Shown here piece by piece: positions 37,662 through 46,775 of a stretch of 64,000 nucleotides of DNA. The notes under the pieces were generated by a model. That model did not search any database, was not told the origin of the DNA, and saw only the letters and a list, made by a program, of their open reading frames with translations. The position numbers were made by a program, and so were the translations under genes. Position 1 is the stretch's first letter, and each line of letters begins with the position of its first letter. This stretch comes from Candidatus Latescibacterota bacterium (GTDB lineage Bacteria > Latescibacterota > UBA2968), in the NCBI GenBank assembly GCA_965222605.1, contig OZ244960.1:3072001-3136000 (forward strand), given 5' to 3'.

Positions 37662-40106
37662 CTATTCATCTCGCAAAGAATCCGCCGGGTTTGCGCGTGC
37701 TGCTTTGAGGGTCTGGGTGGTGACGGTTGTGAGTACGATGAGGAACAGGATAAGGCTACCGAGTAAGAATGCGCCAATACCCAATTCGGTGCGGTAGGCG
37801 AAGGTTTGTAACCATTGATTTGTCGCGTAATAGGCGATTGGAAATGCGATGAGGCTTGATAGGGCGATGTAGAGGACAAATTCTCGTGAGAGCAGGGATA
37901 AGATTTGGGTCTGGGATGCACCCAGGACTTTGCGAATGCCGATTTCTTTGGTGCGTCTTGCAGTGGCGAGTGCAGCCAGTCCGAATGCGCCGAGTGCGGC
38001 GATGAAGATGGCGAATCCGGTGGCGTATTGGATCATGAGGTTCCAGCGTTCTTCTTTATGGTATTGTCTGTCTATGTTTTCATCGAGAAACGAAAATCTG
38101 AATGTTAGTGCTGGTGCGATTTCTTTCCATTTTTCTTTCATAAATGCGATGGTGCCCGGCACATTTTCAGGGTGAATGCGAACCAACAAGTGAGAATGGT
38201 CCGTTGTAAAGAGGGGCATGATAACAGGTCCAATTTTGTGATGCAAAGAGCGAAAATGAAAGTCGCGCACGACGCCAATGATCGTCTTGGACCGGGAAAT
38301 AATACGCTTTTCGCGCGGATTATTTCTTTGCGAGACTTTTCGGACCTCTTTGATCGTTTTGCCAATTGGGTTTTCTATACCCAATTTCTCGACCAAAGCC
38401 TCGTTGACGATAATTGATTTTCTTTGATCGGTTGGAAATTCCTCAGAATATTCCCGACCCGCAACGAGTTTCATGCCGAGTGTCTTGAACACATCGTAAC
38501 CAATGGACATCATTTCAACTGGCTGATCTTGAATGTCTTCATAATTTACAAAAATATTAGGGGGACGCGGAAACGCGAACTCACTGCTGTATAAATCGTT
38601 ACCATTAAACCAGGTTGTGCTGATCACTGAGGGATGAGATTGCAGCGCATCCCGAAAAACAGTGGGTAGGTTTCTGTATTCTCCTCGCCTCAAGACCATT
38701 TCAAAGGTCGAAATGGAGACGAGGTATTCGGTCTGGTATCCCAGGGGTTGGGTTCGCAAAAAAGCGAGTTGTTTGCCTATCATCAAGGTGGCGATGATGA
38801 AGAATATGGATAGGGCAAACTGAAAAATGACGAGTACTTTGCCAAAACGATTGCCCGTTTTAATTTGCAGTCTGCTCGTTATGATTTGGGTCGGCTGCAA
38901 TCGGGACAGGACAAAAGCGGGATACCCTCCTGCTGTGATGCCGACGAGACTGACCAGAAGAATGAGAAAGGCGAGTGTTGTGAGATTGAGACCGTCGCTC
39001 AAGGATAGAGATGTTATGCGTAAGGTTTGTCCGATTAAGTTGTTGAATGTAGGTAGCGCGAGTTCTGCGATGGCAATGCCTGCGATGCACGCGATGATGA
39101 TGAGTAAGAGCGATTCGCCGATAAATTGTTTTGCAATCTGCATGCGCCCTGCGCCAACGACTTTTCGCAGGCCGACTTCTCGCGCTCGCGTTGCCTGTCT
39201 GCCGAGGGTTAAAGTGATAAAGTTGACACAGGCAATAAATAGCACGAGTAGTGCTATGCCCGATAGGATGTACGTATAAATGGGGTTGCTGGCATTCGAG
39301 GTCTGAAGAATTGGATCAAAGTGCATTTGCGTGAGTGGCTGAAGTTTGAGTTGGTTCTCGCTCTTTTCGCTCCACCAGATTTTGGTCCATTTGGGAAATT
39401 GTTGTTCAAGGCTATTGGGATTAACATTTGGCGGGAGCAGCATATACGTATCCGCCTTGAAGTGTTTATTGTCTGCTACCCCGCTTTGTTCAAAGGGCAG
39501 TAGCATGTCAAATTTAAGTGTAGAGTTTTTGGGCACGTTTTTCAGAATGCCCGTGACGGTGTAATTTTTAATTTCGTTTTTACGCAGCATGGGATTGAAA
39601 CGCTGAATGGGTAGCACCTCGCCAATCGCATTGGCATCTTTGAAATACTTTTGAGCAATTCTTTCTGTTATAAGTGCGGAGTAATTGTCTTGAAGATCAG
39701 ACTTACCACGAATGACTGGAAATGAAAAGATTTCGAGGAAGTTGGGATCGACATAACTCCACAAGGCTCGAAACGCGTGATCGTCTGTGCCAATTTTTCC
39801 AAATCCCACCGCTAAACGAGCCGTCTGCATCTCGGGGAATGCCTCCGTCAGTGCCGCGCTGTCAAGGACTCGGGGTTCTTCTGCAATCCCGGATGGCGTC
39901 TGTACATAAACCCGATAGATGCGGTCGGCGTTTTCGTGAAAGGTGTCGTAGGTCCATTCGTGGTGGACAAAGAGGAATGTGATAATGCAGAATGCGAGAC
40001 CGATGGCAATGCCGATGATGTTGATGGCTGAGTAGATGCGGTGTCTGGCGAGGTTGCGGATCGCTGTTTTCAGGTAGCTACTGAATAAAGACATTTCACC
40101 GAACAT
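37662..40106 (-). CDS. ABC transporter permease (paralogue B)
   Basis: Permease motifs; start MFGEMS after a GGAG RBS; related to 60885-63299. Confidence 0.9.
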   Translation of the reverse strand: MFGEMSLFSSYLKTAIRNLARHRIYSAINIIGIAIGLAFCIITFLFVHHEWTYDTFHENADRIYRVYVQTPSGIAEEPRVLDSAALTEAFPEMQTARLAVGFGKIGTDDHAFRALWSYVDPNFLEIFSFPVIRGKSDLQDNYSALITERIAQKYFKDANAIGEVLPIQRFNPMLRKNEIKNYTVTGILKNVPKNSTLKFDMLLPFEQSGVADNKHFKADTYMLLPPNVNPNSLEQQFPKWTKIWWSEKSENQLKLQPLTQMHFDPILQTSNASNPIYTYILSGIALLVLFIACVNFITLTLGRQATRAREVGLRKVVGAGRMQIAKQFIGESLLLIIIACIAGIAIAELALPTFNNLIGQTLRITSLSLSDGLNLTTLAFLILLVSLVGITAGGYPAFVLSRLQPTQIITSRLQIKTGNRFGKVLVIFQFALSIFFIIATLMIGKQLAFLRTQPLGYQTEYLVSISTFEMVLRRGEYRNLPTVFRDALQSHPSVISTTWFNGNDLYSSEFAFPRPPNIFVNYEDIQDQPVEMMSIGYDVFKTLGMKLVAGREYSEEFPTDQRKSIIVNEALVEKLGIENPIGKTIKEVRKVSQRNNPREKRIISRSKTIIGVVRDFHFRSLHHKIGPVIMPLFTTDHSHLLVRIHPENVPGTIAFMKEKWKEIAPALTFRFSFLDENIDRQYHKEERWNLMIQYATGFAIFIAALGAFGLAALATARRTKEIGIRKVLGASQTQILSLLSREFVLYIALSSLIAFPIAYYATNQWLQTFAYRTELGIGAFLLGSLILFLIVLTTVTTQTLKAARANPADSLRDE

Positions 40107-40143
40107 TGGTTTCTCCTGTGTAGGGATCGGAATTGATCGTTTA

Positions 40144-40348
40144 TCATTCAGGTAGAGTGAACCTATGAAAATAATAAGCAATTCCTGTGCCAAATTATTC
40201 TTTTCTATATTTTACAAGTAGTTATGAAAATTTGTGTCATGAAGGCAGTTCAATAAGTGTCCGATTTTGATACAGTGGTGTCCGAAAATGAACACTTTAA
40301 ATAAAACAGGCACATTGTTTTTAATTCAATGTGCCTGCTGTATTAGCC
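40144..40348 (-). promoter_or_regulatory. sigma-54 promoter block, copy 2 (-24/-12 at 40192-40177)
   Basis: Near-identical to 29971-30176. Confidence 0.8.
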
Positions 40349-40462
40349 GTAGAACCATTATTTATCACAATGGGATTACTGCAATTTAGTGGATATGATT
40401 GATGCGCGCAAGTAATTCAGGCAGTTCCTCAATTTCAGTAATAGATAACCCACGCCAGACAA

Positions 40463-40870
40463 TTATACGGTGAGGGGCAAATTGTCTGGCGTGAAAATCT
40501 GAAGGCCAGTTACTCTTGTATAGTGTCGGGTGTTGCGGGTGAGCAGTGGAAGGTCTTGGGAGAGGCAAATACCTGCAATCATTGTATCGGGCAAGCCAAT
40601 CATTTGGCCTGATTGCTGAAGCTGACGACCAAGTGTCGATGCATGGTGTGCAGCGTTGGCGTCGAATGGTAGAATAGAAAAATGCGAGAGTGCTTGAGAA
40701 AATCGTTGATTTTGTTGCTCTGATCGGATCGCCCCAATCTGCAATTCAAAGAGCGAGATGGCTGTTATATGGCAGTGATATTGGCTTGCAACCTAGAGCA
40801 AGACTTCTGACAGGTGTCTTAAGAAGTCGATGATGATGTCGGTATCAACAATCAGGTGGGAAGTTGCCAT
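40463..40870 (-). pseudogene. vapC: VapC/PIN toxin with premature TAG at codon 26
   Basis: MATSHLIVDTDIIIDFLR..LL* then VASQYHCHITAISLFEL..IGLPDTMIAGICL..LLTRNTRHY in the same frame; stop at 40795-40793. Confidence 0.85.
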
Positions 40871-41115
40871 TTTGACCACAGTTGATTTCTTTTAGTCTCC
40901 CAATCGTCCAGATCCGAGGGTTTGAAAGCTTCTCGGAGGTGTTCGAGAGATTCAGTGAGAAGCCTAGTTTTTTCGAACGATTGTACTTCAGGTTCAAAAT
41001 CGGCTTTGGGTCTAATTTCAATACGATCTCCTGGGTGGAGTCCCAATTCTTGCTCTGCGGTTTGTTTAGAGATGACAAGATCATCACCCAGGTATTCCAG
41101 TTCTACTGTTGGCAT
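40852..41115 (-). CDS. Putative antitoxin (AbrB/MazE-like), overlapping vapC
   Basis: LVISKQTAEQELGLHPGDRIEIRP swapped-hairpin-like motif; lies directly upstream of the PIN gene. Confidence 0.7.
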   Translation of the reverse strand: MPTVELEYLGDDLVISKQTAEQELGLHPGDRIEIRPKADFEPEVQSFEKTRLLTESLEHLREAFKPSDLDDWETKRNQLWSKWQLPT

Positions 41116-41160
41116 TGCTTTTTCTCCACTAAGAAAGTATGCAGTCATTTGTCCAGTCGG

Positions 41161-41259
41161 GATTACTGGATCCGCATTTACAAATATCCGAAATTTAAGC
41201 GAAAAAACAAGGGTTTATAATGCGTATTTTTAATCTGAAAGCGATAAGTTGTCCACTAA
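41161..41259 (-). promoter_or_regulatory. ~100-bp repeated promoter region upstream of the first TA module (second copy 46346-46467)
   Basis: CTGGATCCGCATTTACAAATATCCG..AACAAGGGTTTATAATGCGTATTTTTAATCTGAAA..GATAAGT.GTCCACTAA is shared by both copies. Confidence 0.75.
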
Positions 41260-41303
41260 GATAAGTCCAAACTACCTCTTTGGTGGTGGCTGGATCGCAC
41301 AGA

Positions 41304-42017
41304 TTAAAGACTCAGGCGTTCTCGAAATTTTTGTGCCTGACGTCGGGAAATTTCAATTTCATAGCCCCCTTTCAACAACACTTTTAGGCTGCCTTGAAAC
41401 CAGGGCTCAATTTTTTCGATATACTGTAAATTGATAATTTGTTGGCGATTGACACGAAAAAATATGCGTTTGTCCAAACGCTCTTCAAGGTGGTTGAGAG
41501 TACGCGGAATAAGAGGTTTGAATTTTTGAAAATAGACCCGCGTGTAATTACCAGAAACTTCGAATAATTGAATGTCTGAGAGTTTGATAAACCAGCACTG
41601 ATCACCGTCTTTTACAAAAACGCGACTCGAATCGGTCAATGCCAGTGCAACAGCTTCATCGGAAGAAGGCGTTTGGGCTTGTAGTTTTTCAATCGCGCTT
41701 GCAAGGCGTTCAGGCTGAACAGGTTTTAGCAAGTAATCGAGCGCATTTACTTCAAAAGCCCGAATGGCATATTCGTCATAGGCGGTTGTAAAAATCACCT
41801 GTGGTACCTGGTCAAGGGTTTCAAGCAGTTCAAAACCGTCTTGCCCGGGCATCTGAATATCGAGGAATATTACATTGACCGATAACCTTTTGAGTTGCTG
41901 CCGTGCTACATCTGCATTTGCGGCTTCACCTACTACTGTGATGGCCTCAAAGGCTTTGAGCAAATGTTTTAACTCCTGACGGGCAAGTCGTGAATCATCG
42001 ACGATCAATGCATTCAT
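41304..42017 (-). CDS. LytTR family response regulator
   Basis: IVDD, FLDIQMP, FTTAYDEYA, DYLLKP and FFRVNRQQIINL. Confidence 0.93.
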   Translation of the reverse strand: MNALIVDDSRLARQELKHLLKAFEAITVVGEAANADVARQQLKRLSVNVIFLDIQMPGQDGFELLETLDQVPQVIFTTAYDEYAIRAFEVNALDYLLKPVQPERLASAIEKLQAQTPSSDEAVALALTDSSRVFVKDGDQCWFIKLSDIQLFEVSGNYTRVYFQKFKPLIPRTLNHLEERLDKRIFFRVNRQQIINLQYIEKIEPWFQGSLKVLLKGGYEIEISRRQAQKFRERLSL

Positions 42018-43087
42018 ATCCGTTGTCCAGTGAGCGGAACCTGAAACTTCGCACAGACCTGATTTTGAGAAATATTTTCAACTGTCAATTGCGTGGTGTT
42101 ACCAAATAAAAGGCGCAGACGTTCTCTGGTATTTTGCAGGCCAATGCCGTCATTTGTTGTGTTGTTTTTCATTTGACCGGTATTTACAATGCAGACCACC
42201 ATAACAGGTTGCTGGATGCCTGTTTGTGCGTCATTGCACGCGGATATGGTTGTCCGAATTGAGATTTCGCCACCATCTGGATGCTGTGCAATGCCGTGCC
42301 GAATAGCATTTTCGACCAGGGTCTGTATGGTCATCGGCGGGATCTCGACTTGTCGTGTTTCCGGTGCAATGTCAAACCGATAACGCAACCTGTCTTCCAA
42401 CTGGGTGGCTTCGAGCAGGAGATAGTTTTTCACAATTGCCAATTCCTCTTTCAACAGCACACTTCTGGTGTTGCTAACCCGTAGCGCGTATCGAAATAGC
42501 TCAGACAATTTTGAGATCATGTCGCGTGCTCGTGCGGGGTTTTCGATGACCAGAGCACGGATATTGTTGAGGCTGTTAAAAAGAAAATGGGGATTTATCT
42601 GGGCTTTTAGTGCCATCAATTCGGCTTCTTTAACCGCTGTTTGCAATTCCCATTTTTCGCGTTCTCCGCGTTTGGTTATGTCAAACATGGAGAACACGAC
42701 ATATAACAGCGACCATATCCAGAGGATAAAGTTCGTGTTGAGTATTTGCAGGCCATACAATTTCCAACTGAAATAATTCTCAACTATATAAAAATAACCA
42801 AGGAACTGAATACTCTGGCTGATAATCGCAATGACAAGATCGGCTATCAACACTCTGATAAACAGTTTCCATAAAGGCAGTGTGACCCAATGCCGCTTTT
42901 TGAATATGGTTCTGAGCAGGTGTGTCCACAACAAAAGTTGCACAGATCCAAAGATAGTGATCCCAAATGCTTGTGCCGTAACAGTCTGAAAAGCAAATAT
43001 GAAAACCGTGTTGAGCAGGCCGTATATTCCCCATCCCAAAATCTGACAGGTCCAATACGCTTTGCTGTGGTTTTTGATCTCAGACAT
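42014..43087 (-). CDS. LytS/YehU-type sensor histidine kinase
   Basis: N-terminal TM segments, LKAQINPHFLFNSLNNI, QTLVENAIRHG and GIGLQN. Confidence 0.92.
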   Translation of the reverse strand: MSEIKNHSKAYWTCQILGWGIYGLLNTVFIFAFQTVTAQAFGITIFGSVQLLLWTHLLRTIFKKRHWVTLPLWKLFIRVLIADLVIAIISQSIQFLGYFYIVENYFSWKLYGLQILNTNFILWIWSLLYVVFSMFDITKRGEREKWELQTAVKEAELMALKAQINPHFLFNSLNNIRALVIENPARARDMISKLSELFRYALRVSNTRSVLLKEELAIVKNYLLLEATQLEDRLRYRFDIAPETRQVEIPPMTIQTLVENAIRHGIAQHPDGGEISIRTTISACNDAQTGIQQPVMVVCIVNTGQMKNNTTNDGIGLQNTRERLRLLFGNTTQLTVENISQNQVCAKFQVPLTGQRI

Positions 43088-43094
43088 ATTGTAC

Positions 43095-44012
43095 TCACCT
43101 GAGAGTCTGGGGCGCAGTTGTTTTGTTAGAGAGGAACGAATCAATGGTTTTAAAGTAGCCCTCTGGATCGTCCCACATAATAAAATGTTTGCCAGTGTCC
43201 GTCATCCATATTTCGCAATTCTCAACATGAGCGTACTGTTTCTGATACATAGCCAGTGAACTTTCTCGCGTTGCGCCATGAGATTGACCCGAAACCCAGG
43301 CTCCCAATACCAGAACAGGGGTTTGTATTTTTTTGATCTCGGTTCGCAAGTCTGTCAAAAACATTTCGTACATTGCTTGTGCAACTGTGTTTGGGTCCGA
43401 AGATAGACTCCACACGACAGCCGTATCTATTTTTGCGGGATCTGTGATCATCATTTTGAGCATAGATGGTGTTGCTTTTTCTCTTTGTTCAGGTGTTTGA
43501 GAGCGTATCCAGGCGCGTGTTTGTTCTGCTGGTGCACGCATAAATTCAACTGTTGCGACCGGATTTTGTAATGCGGGCAAAAAGGGCACTGCATCGACAA
43601 TAATAAGTGATCCTACGCTTTCGGGTACGCTTGCAGCAACCCACAAAGATAGAAAACCACCCAAACTATGTCCTGCAAGGATTGGTTTTTTTAGATCGTT
43701 TTCCTGGATATATGCAATAAGCGCGTCTCTCATGGTTTGCAAATAATGTTCTGTTTGCACGGGGGGTTGTCCGGCAAATCCCGCGAGTGTAAAGACATGG
43801 CATTCAAAGCTATTCTGGTATCGGCTGACTGTTTCGCGCCAAACGTCTCCGGAAGAACTTAGACCAGGAATCAAAATCATCGGATGCCCGGACCCCGTTA
43901 TTTGTACTTTGAAAGGTTGTGCATTATCTGTCTGTGCAGATGCGGGAACTGGTGTTAAAAGCGCGAGGTAGAGTACACTAATTTGCAATATGATGTATTT
44001 CCATTTTGACAT
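43095..44012 (-). CDS. Secreted alpha/beta hydrolase
   Basis: Signal peptide (ASA|Q), LIPGL, GHSLGG and HFIMWD. Confidence 0.88.
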   Translation of the reverse strand: MSKWKYIILQISVLYLALLTPVPASAQTDNAQPFKVQITGSGHPMILIPGLSSSGDVWRETVSRYQNSFECHVFTLAGFAGQPPVQTEHYLQTMRDALIAYIQENDLKKPILAGHSLGGFLSLWVAASVPESVGSLIIVDAVPFLPALQNPVATVEFMRAPAEQTRAWIRSQTPEQREKATPSMLKMMITDPAKIDTAVVWSLSSDPNTVAQAMYEMFLTDLRTEIKKIQTPVLVLGAWVSGQSHGATRESSLAMYQKQYAHVENCEIWMTDTGKHFIMWDDPEGYFKTIDSFLSNKTTAPQTLR

Positions 44013-44096
44013 GATATCCTCCTTTTGACGGTGAATACTTCTCTTTTGTGATCAATCAAAAGGTAGGCATCTATCGCGTTCTAAGAAGCAAAAGAT

Positions 44097-44126
44097 GATA
44101 AGCGGTTTAACAGGCGGATAAACGGT
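44097..44126. promoter_or_regulatory. Probable LytTR-binding direct repeat
   Basis: GATAAGCGGT (44097) and GATAAACGGT (44117) upstream of the hydrolase-HK-RR operon. Confidence 0.5.
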
Positions 44127-44191
44127 CAACAGGCGTGATGGCGTATGCTGTTGAGATTCTTTCAGTTTCACATATCAATGGAGATCAAGGC

Positions 44192-44734
44192 ATGACGACT
44201 TTCTATCTTATTCGGCATGGAGAACCCATTTGGGATTTAGCTGCTGGTGGGAATCTCAAAGGCGCAGAGAAGGGTTGGGCAGCCCATATTATTCCGTTGA
44301 CCGATAAGGGGATCAGCCAGATTGAGAATGCTTCAAAATCCCTATCAACTGAAGGTCCTCAGATCGTTATTTCATCCCCAATGTCACGGGCGCTCCAATC
44401 GGCTGCTATACTCAGCCGAATACTCGATCTTCCGCTTCGAGTCGAGTTTGATCTGCACGAATGGATTTGCGGATGGCGCGATTCGATGGAGCTTGTCGGA
44501 GAAACAGAGGCAGAAATGCGTGAGTTGGGAGGTGAGTGGCCTATAGGAGAGACGAGAGATTGGGAGCCGATGTCCAGTGTGCGTGGTCGTGTTAGTCGCG
44601 TATTGGAACGATACCAGACCTTTCAGCGTGTTGTTGTCGTGTGTCATGAAATGGTCATCTTTTCGCTCACTGGAAAGAAGATGGGATATGCTGAATTTGT
44701 AAAGATAGATATGAGAACAGTGAATGGTTCATAG
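44192..44734 (+). CDS. Histidine phosphatase family protein
   Basis: YLIRHGE, SSPMSRALQSA, DLHEW and VVCH. Confidence 0.88.
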   Translation: MTTFYLIRHGEPIWDLAAGGNLKGAEKGWAAHIIPLTDKGISQIENASKSLSTEGPQIVISSPMSRALQSAAILSRILDLPLRVEFDLHEWICGWRDSMELVGETEAEMRELGGEWPIGETRDWEPMSSVRGRVSRVLERYQTFQRVVVVCHEMVIFSLTGKKMGYAEFVKIDMRTVNGS

Positions 44735-44807
44735 CGAACGGGTATCTCGAGTGAGTAATTTGTTTCGGAGTTTTCTTGGGACTGGATGGCGTCTTTTAGG
44801 ATTCCTT

Positions 44808-45200
44808 TCACCCGGCTTCAACCTCTATCAGCAAATCCGCTGGAATACCCAGATGCGCTCGCAATGCGCCAATTTGTCGAATAGAGAGTGACCGAGTTCC
44901 TTCAAAAAATTCCGCTGTCTGACGGCGACTGCCCAGCCACTTTGCCAGATCCGCCCGGCAAAGTCCCTTCTGATCCAGCATAAAATCAACCACTTCCTGG
45001 GGTGTCGATTGCTCATAGGTCGGGAAATGCGTGTTTTCATAAGCCTGCACCAGTACAGACAAAAACTCCAGCCGCTCATACGCTTCTGATCCGGGCTGAG
45101 GGTCTGTGTCGAGAAGGGTATCGATTTCAGCGACAGCGATATCGTATTCTTCGTCGTTTCTCAATACATGAGGTTTGGTGAAATCGAGTATGTCAGCCAT
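44808..45200 (-). CDS. higA: HigA-like HTH antitoxin (orphan, no adjacent HigB)
   Basis: EEYDIAVAEID.LLD..P..GS....RLEFL..LV.AYE..H; LSIRQIGALRAHLGIPADLL. Confidence 0.75.
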   Translation of the reverse strand: MADILDFTKPHVLRNDEEYDIAVAEIDTLLDTDPQPGSEAYERLEFLSVLVQAYENTHFPTYEQSTPQEVVDFMLDQKGLCRADLAKWLGSRRQTAEFFEGTRSLSIRQIGALRAHLGIPADLLIEVEAG

Positions 45201-45224
45201 TGGGTACTCCTTTGACTGATCAGG

Positions 45225-45638
45225 TTATGTCGACTGTGCCTGGATAAGTTCCAGGTCGGGAATGTCGGAGAAATCGTGGTCGTCCGAGGCAAGCGGACAC
45301 TCCAGGAGTAGTGCGGTCGCAGCAACCCAGGCATCTCCCGTGTTTAGCCTGCGCCCCACACGCTCCCGTTCACTACGCAGATGTGCAGAGATACGAACCA
45401 GGTCAGAATTCGGCCACATAACCTCATACCGGTCAAGACTCTGCCTTAGAGCATTCTTGCGCCTGTCACCCCAGTTCCCTTTGTAGGCACCAAACCATAA
45501 CTCTTCCAGTGTCTGGAATGAAACGACTGCACGCCGTCCCACGATGCGCTCCCGGTAGTAGGTAGCCGATTCTACTCGGCGTATGAGTATTGAGACAACG
45601 CTGGTATCGAGGACTATAAGCGAAGGATTTGAAAGCAT
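45225..45638 (-). CDS. vapC: PIN domain (VapC-like) toxin
   Basis: VLDTSVVS, SFQTLEEL, DAWVAATA and LASDDHDF. Confidence 0.88.
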   Translation of the reverse strand: MLSNPSLIVLDTSVVSILIRRVESATYYRERIVGRRAVVSFQTLEELWFGAYKGNWGDRRKNALRQSLDRYEVMWPNSDLVRISAHLRSERERVGRRLNTGDAWVAATALLLECPLASDDHDFSDIPDLELIQAQST

Positions 45639-46303
45639 TAGACATCCCGTCCTTCACATATCGCGCGGTGGAAAGCCTCCCACTCTTCTTCCGTCAGGTC
45701 AATGGTAACGACTTTATCAGGGTCAAAAATCTTCGGATTGGGGTCGTTGCGAAATGCCTCGAGGTCAAACGGCTCTGACCATGATCGCGTGCCGGTTATC
45801 TGCTCTACGTAAATAATATCCCATTCGTCATTGTCGTTGAAGCGACCGCGGCCTCTGATCTCGACATACTGGGTCGCCAGCCGGCGCATGTCGTCATTCA
45901 GTGTGGGATCGAAACGCAACGGCACGATCCTTTGCGGGATGTAGTGCAACTCCGCCGTGCCGCAAGCCCAGTTCACTTCCATCAGTCGCCCTTCCACCAA
46001 TGCAGACTCGTCCAGGCCCATCGGCTTTGTTTCGCGCTGTCGCTTGTCAAGCCCCTGTCTTTGTACTGAGGGACGGCCTGCAAACAGTGCCTCAACACTG
46101 AGGTTTTCATTCAGGTCGGGCCACTGGATGCCGCCACTGGTACGTCGCCAGTTGCGTCTTTCTTTGGCGGTGGCGTGTGCGAGCCTGGGATACCATTTCA
46201 GGGGCACAGAGATGGTTCGCCCATCAGAGAGCACTGCCGTCAGCGTATCCTCGCTTACTTCCACACGCTCAGCCTGTGGCATATCAATTGTCGAGATATT
46301 CAT
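45638..46303 (-). CDS. Chimeric protein: DUF2442 N-terminus fused to a putative antitoxin-like C-terminus
   Basis: LSDGRTISVPLKWYPRLAHAT..R.NW....GIQWPDLNENLSV (DUF2442). The C-terminal DLTEEEWEAFHRAI abuts the PIN start. Confidence 0.7.
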   Translation of the reverse strand: MNISTIDMPQAERVEVSEDTLTAVLSDGRTISVPLKWYPRLAHATAKERRNWRRTSGGIQWPDLNENLSVEALFAGRPSVQRQGLDKRQRETKPMGLDESALVEGRLMEVNWACGTAELHYIPQRIVPLRFDPTLNDDMRRLATQYVEIRGRGRFNDNDEWDIIYVEQITGTRSWSEPFDLEAFRNDPNPKIFDPDKVVTIDLTEEEWEAFHRAICEGRDV

Positions 46304-46345
46304 CTCAGGCCTCCATCGTGTACAACTTCTCAGAAGTCCATTCGA

Positions 46346-46467
46346 GATCACTGGATCCGCATTTACAAATATCCGCAATTTAAGCGGAAAAACAAGGGTT
46401 TATAATGCGTATTTTTAATCTGAAAAGGAATTATATTTAAATCTGAAAGAGATAAGTAGTCCACTAA
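46346..46467 (-). promoter_or_regulatory. Second copy of the TA-upstream repeat
   Basis: Matches 41161-41259 with an internal ~23-bp insertion/duplication around AATCTGAAA. Confidence 0.75.
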
Positions 46468-46533
46468 AATGGGTTAAGTCATCCTATAAGAAAGGTGGAG
46501 GTCCATTGGGCTGAGAAATCTCTCCCAAAAGAC

Positions 46534-46562
46534 TTGCATTATGACGCCCTGTAGCGTATCAT
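46534..46562 (+). promoter_or_regulatory. Putative sigma70 promoter upstream of the EndoU leader
   Basis: TTGCAT, 17 nt, TATCAT. Confidence 0.5.
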
Positions 46563-46626
46563 TGGTGTAAACAAGCAATAGAGACCTATTGTCAAAACCA
46601 ACTATTTTGCGTCAACTGAATTGATG

Positions 46627-46687
46627 GCGCGGGGGAGCTGCTATAGGAAAGATACATCTCCTATGGTAGATTGTCCGCGCTTTTTTT
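46627..46687 (+). terminator. Long hairpin with U-tract (attenuator-like) between the promoter and EndoU
   Basis: GCGCGG...CTGCTATAGGA-loop-TCCTATGGTAG...CCGCGC followed by TTTTTTT. Confidence 0.65.
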
Positions 46688-46775
46688 GTTTTGGAGGCTC
46701 TTATGCCAGCGATGTCCTACCTACAGAGGCAGGTAGCACCGCCCGGACGTCGGCACTAACCCAGAGGAGAAAACC

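Noticed and set aside
40386-40462. Short minus-strand frame WRGLSITEIEELPELLARINHIH*
   Set aside because: Possibly a gene-tail remnant, but too short to assign.
40793-40795. TAG recoding or pyrrolysine readthrough in vapC
   Set aside because: TAG is an ordinary stop in several genes here (e.g. 27769, 28481, 37662, 47858), and no pyl genes are present.
40386-46467. TTAGTGGA/TCCACTAA as terminal inverted repeats of a transposon
   Set aside because: Only 8-9 bp match, with no transposase or target duplication.
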